Below, one piece after another: positions 36,702 through 45,983 of a DNA stretch of 64,000 bases. The DNA is from Promethearchaeota archaeon (GTDB lineage Archaea; Asgardarchaeota; Lokiarchaeia; Sigyniarchaeales; SOKP01), in the NCBI GenBank assembly GCA_048938005.1, contig JBHLMQ010000002.1, positions 64,001-128,000 on the forward strand, given 5' to 3'. The notes under the pieces are model-generated. The model made no database searches. It was given only the letters and a program-made list of their open reading frames with translations, and was not told the DNA's origin. The position numbers were made by a program, and so were the translations under genes. Numbering within the stretch: the first letter of the stretch is position 1; every line of letters begins with the position of its first letter.

Positions 36702-37826
36702 CTAATAATTCTCTTTTAAGTAAGGTATGATTTCCTCACACATTAATTGGTTTGCATATTCCCAATTATATTTACTATTTTTATCTTCTAAAGGATTACT
36801 TATCATTAATACAAAATACTGAACTCCTGCTTTAATTAAATTCTCGAGTTTAGCAATAATCTCTTCTTTTGGACCGATTAAAGAAGAATCACGAATAAAT
36901 GAATCAGGAATATCCTTAACAATTTGATTAATTATGTCAAAATCATAGTTATCATATGATGAAAGTTTAGGTAGTGGAGAGGTTTCTGGATTATAACCAA
37001 GTTTCTGATATAATTCTTGCATTTCTTCGTTCCAGTAGCCCAATGTTTTTAGATGGTAAGGACTGTAAATAGCCAGAGATCTCTTTCTACCTGCAGTGAG
37101 TTCAGCTAAAGTATTTTCATCATCATCAATATAAATAAAGTTCCAATAACCAAATGTAAAATCTTCTAGTTTTCTTTTACTTTTACTGAGCCCTATTTTT
37201 ACTTCTTCCATTTCGATTTTATAAATTTTTGAATTAAATGAGTAAGGAAGCCATCCATCACCGATTCTCCCAGTTAATTTCCGAGTTCTAGATCCATTGG
37301 CAGCTACCCACACTGGTATATTTCCTTTAAGTGGTGAAGGCTGTAAAATAGCTTCTTGAAACTTATAAAAATCACCACTAAAACTTACTCTATCTCCATT
37401 TGATTTCCATAATTTCCTGAGAACTTCAATATATTCTTCCATTTTAGAGACTGGTTTATTCTTCTCAATCCCATAATTATCGAGATTGAATGCTTCACCA
37501 GGCCCTATTCCATATATAAATCTCCCATTAGAGATATGATCAATTGTAACACATATCTGAGCTACTATCTGAGGCAGATATCGATGAGGATCTGTTACTG
37601 CTAAACCAAGTTCAGCTTTAGATTTCATTTCCGCGTATACAGGAAAGAGTGCCCATACGTTATAATTTTGAAATGAAAATGAGGGCGGAAGTCCGCCTAA
37701 ATGGTCACCAACCCAAATACCATCCCATATATCTTCATTAATTGCTTCAATAAATTCCTTATAACTTTTCCAGCTTTTTGTATCCTTAAATATACTCATA
37801 TCGATTCCAAACTTAATTTTACTCAT
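36702..37826 (-). CDS. LLM-class flavin/F420-dependent oxidoreductase
   Basis: WDGIWVGDH, VTDPHR, DHISNGRFIYGIGPGE, PVWVAA and GDGWLP. Confidence 0.9.
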   Translation of the reverse strand: MSKIKFGIDMSIFKDTKSWKSYKEFIEAINEDIWDGIWVGDHLGGLPPSFSFQNYNVWALFPVYAEMKSKAELGLAVTDPHRYLPQIVAQICVTIDHISNGRFIYGIGPGEAFNLDNYGIEKNKPVSKMEEYIEVLRKLWKSNGDRVSFSGDFYKFQEAILQPSPLKGNIPVWVAANGSRTRKLTGRIGDGWLPYSFNSKIYKIEMEEVKIGLSKSKRKLEDFTFGYWNFIYIDDDENTLAELTAGRKRSLAIYSPYHLKTLGYWNEEMQELYQKLGYNPETSPLPKLSSYDNYDFDIINQIVKDIPDSFIRDSSLIGPKEEIIAKLENLIKAGVQYFVLMISNPLEDKNSKYNWEYANQLMCEEIIPYLKENY

Positions 37827-37932
37827 TGTTTTTCGCTTATCCTCTATTATATATCAAGATAATTAAAAAAAGGTGTTAACTAGTATTTATAAATTTAGTA
37901 TATTTTTATTTATAAAATCTGTTTATATTGCA

Positions 37933-38847
37933 TTATTTTTTATATAATATCTTCTCTTTCCAAGTCTCAAAATAATATACTTTATACATGATATCAAAAA
38001 TAATTGAATCAACATTTTCCTTTTTTATATTATCAACTAATTCCGTTAGTTCCTTCGTATTATTGACCCATACCCAACATAGAATTATATTAGGAAGATT
38101 GCTAAAAGTCCAGCAATAAAAGAGATTTGGATAAAATTTCTCATTTAATAAATGTGCGATTTCGTTTTTATCAACCGAAGGTTTTACAGTTATTTGGAAT
38201 GTTGCAAAAATATCACTTGAAGCTTCAGGATTAAAATTAATGGATAATTCAATGATACCCTCCTCAATCATTCTATTTAAGCGACGCCGAACTGTATTTG
38301 AGGTACTGTTAATTTCGTCTGCGACCTCGGCTATAGGTTTTCGAGAGTCATTATGTAGTGATCGAATAATTTCTAAATCAAGTTTATCATAGCTCATTGC
38401 TCTTGACTTTGGAACAATATAAGGAATTGGCGCAATATAATGTACTCCTGAAAGTAGTCCAATTTTTGGAGATTGAATTTTTGTGGCTTGGGATACAAAG
38501 GATGAATATTCATCTAATTGATGAATATTTTGCAACATTGCTCCTATATACATATAATTCCTACTTGATAATGCTATCTGCCAAGTATTATCATGTTTCT
38601 CTAATTCACCTATTACTTTATTCATATCTTGAACATTACTTTGTCCAAAAATAAATGTATAGATGGCATTTATCGCATAAGGTTTCAATCTTGCAGCAAA
38701 TTTTTCTATAATTCTTAGATCTATGAGTATTTGTACTCTTTTATATACAGCATTAACAGACAAACCTAAATAATCTGAAATCTCTCTATATGTTAATCTT
38801 GAATTGTTCATTAGAAGTAGAATAATTTTAAGATCAATTTCATCCAT
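37933..38847 (-). CDS. Tandem-domain Lrp/AsnC family transcriptional regulator
   Basis: Two HTH modules (MDEIDLKII..NSR...EIS..LGLS..AVYKRV and DKLDLEII..L..DSRKP..EVA......TVRRRLNRM). Divergent from the AOR gene across 59 bp. Confidence 0.9.
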   Translation of the reverse strand: MDEIDLKIILLLMNNSRLTYREISDYLGLSVNAVYKRVQILIDLRIIEKFAARLKPYAINAIYTFIFGQSNVQDMNKVIGELEKHDNTWQIALSSRNYMYIGAMLQNIHQLDEYSSFVSQATKIQSPKIGLLSGVHYIAPIPYIVPKSRAMSYDKLDLEIIRSLHNDSRKPIAEVADEINSTSNTVRRRLNRMIEEGIIELSINFNPEASSDIFATFQITVKPSVDKNEIAHLLNEKFYPNLFYCWTFSNLPNIILCWVWVNNTKELTELVDNIKKENVDSIIFDIMYKVYYFETWKEKILYKK

Positions 38848-38906
38848 ACATAAAAGAAATAAAAGAAAAAATAAAATATTTTCAGCTATTATAAAAATTC
38901 ATAATT

Positions 38907-40637
38907 ATGAACATTGTAAGAATCAATATTGAGAATGAAGATATTCAATTTAAAGAAATAACTCAAAATTCAAAATATTTCCTGCTTGGTGCTAGAGGTC
39001 TAAGTTCTCAGATTATTCATGATGACGTGCCTCCATTATCTGATCCTTTAGGGAGGGAAAATAAACTAATTCTTGCCAACGGTCTTCTTGGTGGCAGTCC
39101 ATTTCCTTGTTCTGCTCGTACATCAGTAGGCGCTAAAAGTCCCTTGACTAATGGTATAAAAGAAGCCAATGTGGGAGGAAGACCTGCCATGATGTTAGCA
39201 AGACATGGTATTAGGGCAATTGTATTAGAAGATATATCATCAGTATTAAAACTTATCTTAATTGATGAGGATAATGTTAAGATTTTACCTGCATTAGAAT
39301 ATAGAGGTTTAGGTAATTATAAGCTTCATTCGAAATTAAAACAAAAATATGGAGAAAATATTGGAGTTTACTCTATTGGTCCCGCAGGTGAGCATTTGAT
39401 GAAATCAGCAACTATAGGTGCTAATGATTTAGAAGGGTACCCAAGTAGGCATGCTGCTAGAGGAGGATTAGGAGCTGTAATGGGTTCTAAAAAGATTAAA
39501 GCAGTAGTTATCATACCCCCAAAAACCTCAAAAGTTGCAATGCATGATTTAAAAAAGTTTAGGAAAGCTTCAAGTCCATTTGCGAAAAATCTGGCTCAAT
39601 CTAAAGAAAAATTCTCAACATTCGGTACACCAATGATGATGGCAGGAATGAGTGGATACGGAGGCATTCCAACAAAAAATTTCCAAATGGGATCATATGA
39701 TAAAATTGAAAACATCTCAGGAGAAGCACTTCATGAACTTGTTGTTGCAAGAGGCGGAAAAAAGAGATTAGCATGTTCGCCAACATGTGTGATTAAATGT
39801 TCAAATTTAGTTGTTGATGAGCATGGAAACCATATAACATCTAGTCTAGAATATGAAACCATGGCATTAAATGGATCTAACTTGTTGATTGAAGATCTAG
39901 ATAGCTTAGCTAAGATTGATCACTTATGCGATGACATTGGTATTGATACAATTGAATTTGGAGGCACTGTGGGGGTTGCGATGGATTGTGGAAGAGTAGA
40001 GTGGGGAGATGCTGAAAAAGTTTTAAAAATCTTAGATAATGAAATACGAAAAAATACAGAAGAGGGTCAATTGTATGGTAATGGTGTTAAAAACATTGGA
40101 GATAAGCTTAATGCAAAACGAATCCCCCAGATAAAAGGACAAGGAATATCAGCTTACGATTGTAGAGTTTTTAAGGCAATGGGAGTGACTTATGCAACTT
40201 CACCTATGGGAGCAGATCATACATCTGGGGCAGCTATTGCTGGAAGAGTTGCGAGTCAGCATAAAGATTATGGAGAATTAACCAAAAATGAGGGTAAACT
40301 TGATTTATCTTTTGAATTACAAATTTACACTGCGATATTAGACTCGATGGGGTGTTGTTATTTTATAGGTCCTAGTTATGAAAACATAGAAATTGTAAAA
40401 AGTGCGATTAATGCTATGTACAATTTAAATTTGACAAGAAAAGATATAATCAACATTGGTATACAAATCATTAAAACTGAACTTGAATTTAATGATAAAG
40501 CAGGAATTACTCCAGAAATGAACGATGTTCCCGAATTCTTCAGAGAACAACCCTCAGAACCAGTAGATTTAAAATTTACTTTTGATCTTGATGAATTGAA
40601 ATCTTTTTGGAATAGATTAGATAATCATGAGTTTTAA
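38907..40637 (+). CDS. aor: Aldehyde:ferredoxin oxidoreductase (tungstopterin AOR family)
   Basis: KSPLTNGIKEAN.GG, IGPAGE, AARGGLGAVMGSK, CSPTCVIKC, EYET, DDIGIDTI and YATSPMGADH. Confidence 0.92.
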   Translation: MNIVRINIENEDIQFKEITQNSKYFLLGARGLSSQIIHDDVPPLSDPLGRENKLILANGLLGGSPFPCSARTSVGAKSPLTNGIKEANVGGRPAMMLARHGIRAIVLEDISSVLKLILIDEDNVKILPALEYRGLGNYKLHSKLKQKYGENIGVYSIGPAGEHLMKSATIGANDLEGYPSRHAARGGLGAVMGSKKIKAVVIIPPKTSKVAMHDLKKFRKASSPFAKNLAQSKEKFSTFGTPMMMAGMSGYGGIPTKNFQMGSYDKIENISGEALHELVVARGGKKRLACSPTCVIKCSNLVVDEHGNHITSSLEYETMALNGSNLLIEDLDSLAKIDHLCDDIGIDTIEFGGTVGVAMDCGRVEWGDAEKVLKILDNEIRKNTEEGQLYGNGVKNIGDKLNAKRIPQIKGQGISAYDCRVFKAMGVTYATSPMGADHTSGAAIAGRVASQHKDYGELTKNEGKLDLSFELQIYTAILDSMGCCYFIGPSYENIEIVKSAINAMYNLNLTRKDIINIGIQIIKTELEFNDKAGITPEMNDVPEFFREQPSEPVDLKFTFDLDELKSFWNRLDNHEF

Positions 40638-40646
40638 TCATTAACA

Positions 40647-41282
40647 TTACTTTTTCTTATTTCGAAGCATTGCATGAAAATAAAAATCAGAATTTGGAAC
40701 CTGTATTTTTCCAATAAGTTCAAATCCGAAATGCTCATAAATTTGAACATTTTTTTCATTTTCAGTATGTAAATAGCATGGTAAGTTTTGTTCATCAATT
40801 TCAGCAATTTTCATCCTTAATAATTTACTACTATAACCCTTACCTTGATGAATTGGATCTACACCAATAATAGCTAAATACCAATGAGGAAAATTCACAT
40901 TTTCCGTTTGAAATGAATTAGCAATTTCTTCAAAGATGCCCAACCTCTCCATAAATATTGGATCAGAAATTTCCGCTCTTTTAACTTTTCGCAATCTTCT
41001 ACTAATTTCCTTAGATTGTTTACCTATTATCCGATTTTTTATTCTATAAGGATACCAAACAGCAACACCCTCAATTTCCCTTGATGTTGTATATACCTCA
41101 CCAGATAAAATTCCAACTAAAATTAAAAGTTCACAGTGAGTAATAATTTTAGTCTTTCTTTCAATAGGATCTGGAAAACAATACACAAATAAAGGATCAT
41201 CTTGAATAGCTCGACCAATTACTTTACTTGCTTTTTCAATTTGATCTAGTTGCAATTGTTCAAGTTGATATAATTCACTCAT
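40647..41282 (-). CDS. GNAT family N-acetyltransferase
   Basis: HWYLAIIGVDPIHQGKGYSSKLL, and CYLHT...NVQIYEHFGF. Confidence 0.9.
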   Translation of the reverse strand: MSELYQLEQLQLDQIEKASKVIGRAIQDDPLFVYCFPDPIERKTKIITHCELLILVGILSGEVYTTSREIEGVAVWYPYRIKNRIIGKQSKEISRRLRKVKRAEISDPIFMERLGIFEEIANSFQTENVNFPHWYLAIIGVDPIHQGKGYSSKLLRMKIAEIDEQNLPCYLHTENEKNVQIYEHFGFELIGKIQVPNSDFYFHAMLRNKKK

Positions 41283-41403
41283 AATCTATTTTAAAGCATA
41301 TTTTTTTTATTTATCTAAAATTGGATTAATTGAATAATATTAATCATTAAAAAAGAAAATAAAATATATAAAATATACTAACCAAAAAACACTAATTAAT
41401 TAG

Positions 41404-42282
41404 GTGAATATATTGAGAATTGGCGCACATATGAGTGTTTCTGGGGGTAAACATTTGGCTTTCGAGACTGGAAAAGAATTGGGTTGCGAAGCAATTCAAG
41501 TATTTGTTAGAAATGTACGTGGTTGGATTTCTAAGCCTCTAGAACAAAAAGAGATAGGTGAATTTATAGAGAAGAAAGAAGAATTAAAAGATGAAATTTG
41601 GCCGATAATTTCACATAACAGTTATTTAGTAAATCTAGCAAGTTTAGATAAGGAGAAATTAGAAAAATCATATAATGCTATGCTTGATGAACTTACTAAA
41701 GTAGACCAATTAAGAATAGAATACGAGAACATGCACCCTGGGGTTATTCCTATCAGTGATAAGAAAGAAATTACTAAAGCAGAAGCACTAACTCAAATTG
41801 CTGATCAATTAAATAAGTTAATGGATGCCACAAAATCCTCAAAAGCTACTATTTTACTTGAAACGACTGCAGGACAAGGAAAAGGTTTAGGGAATAAATT
41901 CCACCATTTTAAAACAATAATAGATAAAATACAAAATAAAAATAGAATAGGGATCTGTTTTGATACAGCCCATTCTTTTGCAGCGGGATATGATTTTACA
42001 ACAAAAAAGGGATATGAGGAGATGTGGAATGAATTCGATGATGTTATTGGTTTGAAATATTTATTTGCATTTCATTTAAATGATACTGATAAAGAATGTG
42101 GCTCCAGAGTTGATAGACACACTCATATTGGTCAAGGAGAAATCGGGAAAGAACCTTTTGGTTTTTTTATAAATGATGAAAGATTTAAGGATATGCCGGG
42201 AATATTGGAAACTCCAAAAGGAAAAGATATGAAAGAAGATATTATGAACATAAAAACTCTTAAGTCATTAAGAAAGAAATAA
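41404..42282 (+). CDS. nfo: Endonuclease IV (AP endonuclease family 2)
   Basis: IGAHMS, HNSYLVNLAS, MHPG, LETTAGQG, CFDTAHSFAAGYD, HLND, DRHTHIG.G.IG and LETP. Confidence 0.96.
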   Translation: MNILRIGAHMSVSGGKHLAFETGKELGCEAIQVFVRNVRGWISKPLEQKEIGEFIEKKEELKDEIWPIISHNSYLVNLASLDKEKLEKSYNAMLDELTKVDQLRIEYENMHPGVIPISDKKEITKAEALTQIADQLNKLMDATKSSKATILLETTAGQGKGLGNKFHHFKTIIDKIQNKNRIGICFDTAHSFAAGYDFTTKKGYEEMWNEFDDVIGLKYLFAFHLNDTDKECGSRVDRHTHIGQGEIGKEPFGFFINDERFKDMPGILETPKGKDMKEDIMNIKTLKSLRKK

Positions 42283-42283
42283 A

Positions 42284-42691
42284 TCAAATCTCTACTTTAA
42301 ACCACATAGGGGAATCATCAGATGGTACGCCATTGTAATTTACAGTTATTTCTTCCCCTTTAGATATATTTCGAATAGTGATATATTTAATACATTTATT
42401 TTTATAATCATAGATATATTTTACATTCGGATTATACGAGTGATTTATAAACTGGCTAACACTTAAGGAAACCGCAGAATCATATTCTCCAACCCACTGA
42501 GGATCATCCCATTCAAAAGAATAATTAGATAAAACTGTTTCTTTAATTAAATCCCATTCTTTGTTAGAGATAAGAATAACATGGGCAATATCTATAATCA
42601 CTCCTTTTGCAATATCTATATTAGCAAATACACCTTTTCCTTTTTTTCTAGATATGAATTTTACTTCTAAAAGATTTTTCATGGAATTCAC
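42284..42691 (-). CDS. Stand-alone SET domain protein
   Basis: KGKGVFA, FINHSYNPN and RNISKGEEITVNY. Confidence 0.92.
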   Translation of the reverse strand: MNSMKNLLEVKFISRKKGKGVFANIDIAKGVIIDIAHVILISNKEWDLIKETVLSNYSFEWDDPQWVGEYDSAVSLSVSQFINHSYNPNVKYIYDYKNKCIKYITIRNISKGEEITVNYNGVPSDDSPMWFKVEI

Positions 42692-42752
42692 TAAGTAATT
42701 ATTATACTAATAGGTATTTAAATGGATAAATCTTATAGAATTAAAATTTATA

Positions 42753-43148
42753 TTATTCTACATCAAACCACATAGGACTTTTATCTTCAACAAGTCCATT
42801 ATAATTTACTGTTAATTCCTCTCCTTGAGTAATATCCCGAATAGCAGAAAATTCTATTGCTTTATTTTCATAATCATACAGGTATTTTAAATTGGGCTCA
42901 AATGAATGATTAATAAATTGACTTATGCTAAGAGTTATAGCATTTCTAAATGCGGGCATATGCTCTGGATCTTCCCAAATATAACAGTAATTATACAATA
43001 TTGTTTTATATATTTTCTTATAATCTTTGTTTGGAATAGGGATTACATGCGCAATTTCAATTACAGTCCCTTTTTCAATTGGTTTTTTAGCAAATGCTCC
43101 TCTACCTTTCTTTTCAGAAATCGGTTTTACTTCAATATATTCATGCAT
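42753..43148 (-). CDS. Stand-alone SET domain protein (tandem paralog)
   Basis: KGRGAFA, FINHSFEPN and RDITQGEELTVNY. Shares a SPMWF tail with its neighbour. Confidence 0.92.
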   Translation of the reverse strand: MHEYIEVKPISEKKGRGAFAKKPIEKGTVIEIAHVIPIPNKDYKKIYKTILYNYCYIWEDPEHMPAFRNAITLSISQFINHSFEPNLKYLYDYENKAIEFSAIRDITQGEELTVNYNGLVEDKSPMWFDVE

Positions 43149-43200
43149 GATTATACTTAAATATATATTAAATTTTAGAAGATTATTATAGTGAATAAAC

Positions 43201-44448
43201 TTATTCTTTATATTTTTCTGGATTTACACACCTTCGCCATTGCATAACGGTCTCTAAAGGGCCTAATCCTATAAGGAGATCACCCTCTTCGAAAATAAAA
43301 TCTGGTTTAAAACTGTAGATCCATTTATCTTCTCTTTTCATGGCAATTATATGAAATCCTCTCTTATAACGTCTATCTTGTAATTCACTATAAGTTTTAT
43401 CTTTAAAATAAGAATCTTCTGATAATCTTTCCCTTACAACTATTTCTGAAGTTTCGCGAATTGCTTGTTGTAGAATTGCGTGTGGTTCGAAACCTTTAAG
43501 AATATTTTCTGCAATGTGAGCAGCGGCATCAGATATTAATTCACAACTAAATACAATTCTCATTATTCCTGTGAGATCTCGAGGAGTTTCTACTAATTTT
43601 GCTAAATCAAGAAGATCTTTTTCTATCGCGATATTTAAACCATCCATTAATTCTTCCATTTCTAAAACATCTTCAGCAACCTCTTCATTTTTAAAAAACA
43701 AGGCAGCTAATGCTAATTCAATCATAGTTTCTGAAATATCTGTTATTAAAACGTAATTTTTCTGTATCTCCTCAATTTTTTCACAGATTTCTGTATTTTC
43801 AAGATCGATTATTGATTCTTTCTCCTGTTCTCCAATATCAAAAGAAAAAGGATCTTGATCCCTACATAATTTTTTCATTTCTATAATAGGTTGAATTTCT
43901 CCCTTAACAATTAAAATATCATTTATTAACACCTTTTCATCTCTTTCAAAGAGCCATTTATCTTCTCTACGTATTGCTATTAAATCAACTCCATGTTTAG
44001 ATCTAAAATGTACATCTTTCCTTGCTTGCCCAATGAACTCACAGCCCTTGTTAACTACAACTTTAACTATAGGTTCAGGTACATAACTAATATCACTAAA
44101 TAATTGACTAAAGTAGGAGATATCATTATTGATATATACAACCCTCGCAATATCTGATAATGCGTCAGAAATCTTGTCAATAGCGTAACCCATAACAACG
44201 AGGGGTTCTAATTTTTTCGCTCCATTTAGTCCTATTGGATGTGCTTGAATAATTTGGAAATTAAGCAAAAATGTAAGTTCATGAATTCTTTGTTCCATTT
44301 TATAGGCTTCATCAGCAAGTTCTTTACTTCCGAACTTAATTGCACTATAAGCCAGATCAATCATTAAATCGATATTTTTTTTCATTTCCCGAAGTATTTC
44401 TCTTAGGGAAAGAGGCTTGTATTTAAATTTTTTACTAGGTTTGGTCAT
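43201..44448 (-). CDS. Tandem PhoU/TrkA-C (RCK_C) regulatory protein
   Basis: Two repeats of (E/L)M(I)xLA..A....E.AxxxxxME...DA followed by G..(L/I)IA(I/M)(R/K)REDKW RCK_C motifs. Confidence 0.85.
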   Translation of the reverse strand: MTKPSKKFKYKPLSLREILREMKKNIDLMIDLAYSAIKFGSKELADEAYKMEQRIHELTFLLNFQIIQAHPIGLNGAKKLEPLVVMGYAIDKISDALSDIARVVYINNDISYFSQLFSDISYVPEPIVKVVVNKGCEFIGQARKDVHFRSKHGVDLIAIRREDKWLFERDEKVLINDILIVKGEIQPIIEMKKLCRDQDPFSFDIGEQEKESIIDLENTEICEKIEEIQKNYVLITDISETMIELALAALFFKNEEVAEDVLEMEELMDGLNIAIEKDLLDLAKLVETPRDLTGIMRIVFSCELISDAAAHIAENILKGFEPHAILQQAIRETSEIVVRERLSEDSYFKDKTYSELQDRRYKRGFHIIAMKREDKWIYSFKPDFIFEEGDLLIGLGPLETVMQWRRCVNPEKYKE

Positions 44449-44485
44449 ATAGTCCTATTCACTCACTTTTCATATTAATTTGATT

Positions 44486-45037
44486 TTATATAAATATTAT
44501 TATAAATAAAATTAAGAATAGAGGCGTTAGAAAATCAGCTAAAGATGTAAGAAATGGAATTAAAAAATTATTTGGATCCTTACCACGCTTATATAAGAAA
44601 ATAGCGCTAACAAACAATGCTACAAACATTATTATAAAAATCAATAAAACTGTAAGCGTAATAATAAAAATAATTAATAAGGGATTTACAATCTTAATAC
44701 CTAAGATGATACTAAATACATATCCTATTAATAACAAGGCTATTAAACTCAATAATAGGGTAATGAGTAATCCTAAAAAGTCTTCTTTTAATCTATCAGA
44801 TTTCTGAATTTTTGGAGGTAATGTACCGATATATAGGTGTGTGGTTAATCTCGATACAAGAACAGTTGATATATCACCTATTAAAGAATTCAAAGCTGGA
44901 ATTATTAAAAGTAATATTGGAATAGAGGTTAATACGGCTTTATTTGAAGATAATAAAGTACCAGAGACGAGCCCAAACAAAGAAGACAGAATTACTATGA
45001 TTATAGATTCTTTAAAAATTTTCATATAATACTTCAT
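44486..45037 (-). CDS. MgtE-type divalent cation transporter membrane domain (second half)
   Basis: IPALNSLIGD...SRLTTHLYIG and KRGKDPNNFLIPFLTSLAD. Confidence 0.85.
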   Translation of the reverse strand: MKYYMKIFKESIIIVILSSLFGLVSGTLLSSNKAVLTSIPILLLIIPALNSLIGDISTVLVSRLTTHLYIGTLPPKIQKSDRLKEDFLGLLITLLLSLIALLLIGYVFSIILGIKIVNPLLIIFIITLTVLLIFIIMFVALFVSAIFLYKRGKDPNNFLIPFLTSLADFLTPLFLILFIIIFI

Positions 45038-45592
45038 TTAGGGCACCCCTAGCATTATAATAGTTAAGAAAAAGCATAATACAGTAGAAAAATCGTCAAT
45101 TGCCGTCATCATGGGATTAACGACGTTATTTGGGTTTAATCCTCTCTTAAAAGCTACATAGTTTAATCCTGTGGAACAAGGAATTGAAATAGCGAGTGTT
45201 AAGATTGTTGAAATTATAGGAATTATAATTAAATACGGAATGGGAAGAATATATAATTTGAAGAAAACAAAATCTAAGATAATAGAGAAGATACCTATGA
45301 AAAATGCTGTTATAATTGAGAGTGTATAAGTGGCCAAAACATTTTCAACCCATGTTTTCCTAGAAAAATTTCCAATAACAAAATCACGAGATGTTCTAGC
45401 TATAAATGGTCCACTTAAATTACCCCTTAAAGATAAAAGAGCCGGAATCATCAATATTAAAACAGGAAAACTATTAAATGGCAAAATGAGTAATGAAAGT
45501 ATTATCCCCGCTAAGATATCCCCAATAATAGAGATAACCTCTGATGGGAAGGTTTGTTTAACAATTTTTCCTTTAGAGTCATGAATCTCCAT
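45038..45592 (-). CDS. MgtE-type divalent cation transporter membrane domain (first half)
   Basis: IPALLSLRGN...AR and KRGLNPNNVVNPMMTAIDD. Confidence 0.85.
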   Translation of the reverse strand: MEIHDSKGKIVKQTFPSEVISIIGDILAGIILSLLILPFNSFPVLILMIPALLSLRGNLSGPFIARTSRDFVIGNFSRKTWVENVLATYTLSIITAFFIGIFSIILDFVFFKLYILPIPYLIIIPIISTILTLAISIPCSTGLNYVAFKRGLNPNNVVNPMMTAIDDFSTVLCFFLTIIMLGVP

Positions 45593-45983
45593 ATACCATC
45601 CTCATCAGAATCCGTTGAATTAATATTATTTTCTTGAAACATTTCTTAATATAAAGTGATTTATTTTCCTTCTATTATTTATATTATCTATAATTATATT
45701 TAAGAATTTAGTTATACCTAATTCATTAGAATAATTTTTAAACTTATGATTCAATTTTAAATAACAGGGTAGTTTTATTAACCATAATTATAGTTTTTAA
45801 ATTCGATGGGATTATTTTTAAGGTTAAGAGACTCTAGAAAGATCTAATTAATTTTACAGATATTCTTTTGCTAATTATATCCATAAATGATATCTAATTA
45901 AACTTAAACAAATTTTATATGAATTCTTAATTAATAATTATTTAATTTTAATGAAAATATGAAATTTTAAGAGAGAAAGTTTA

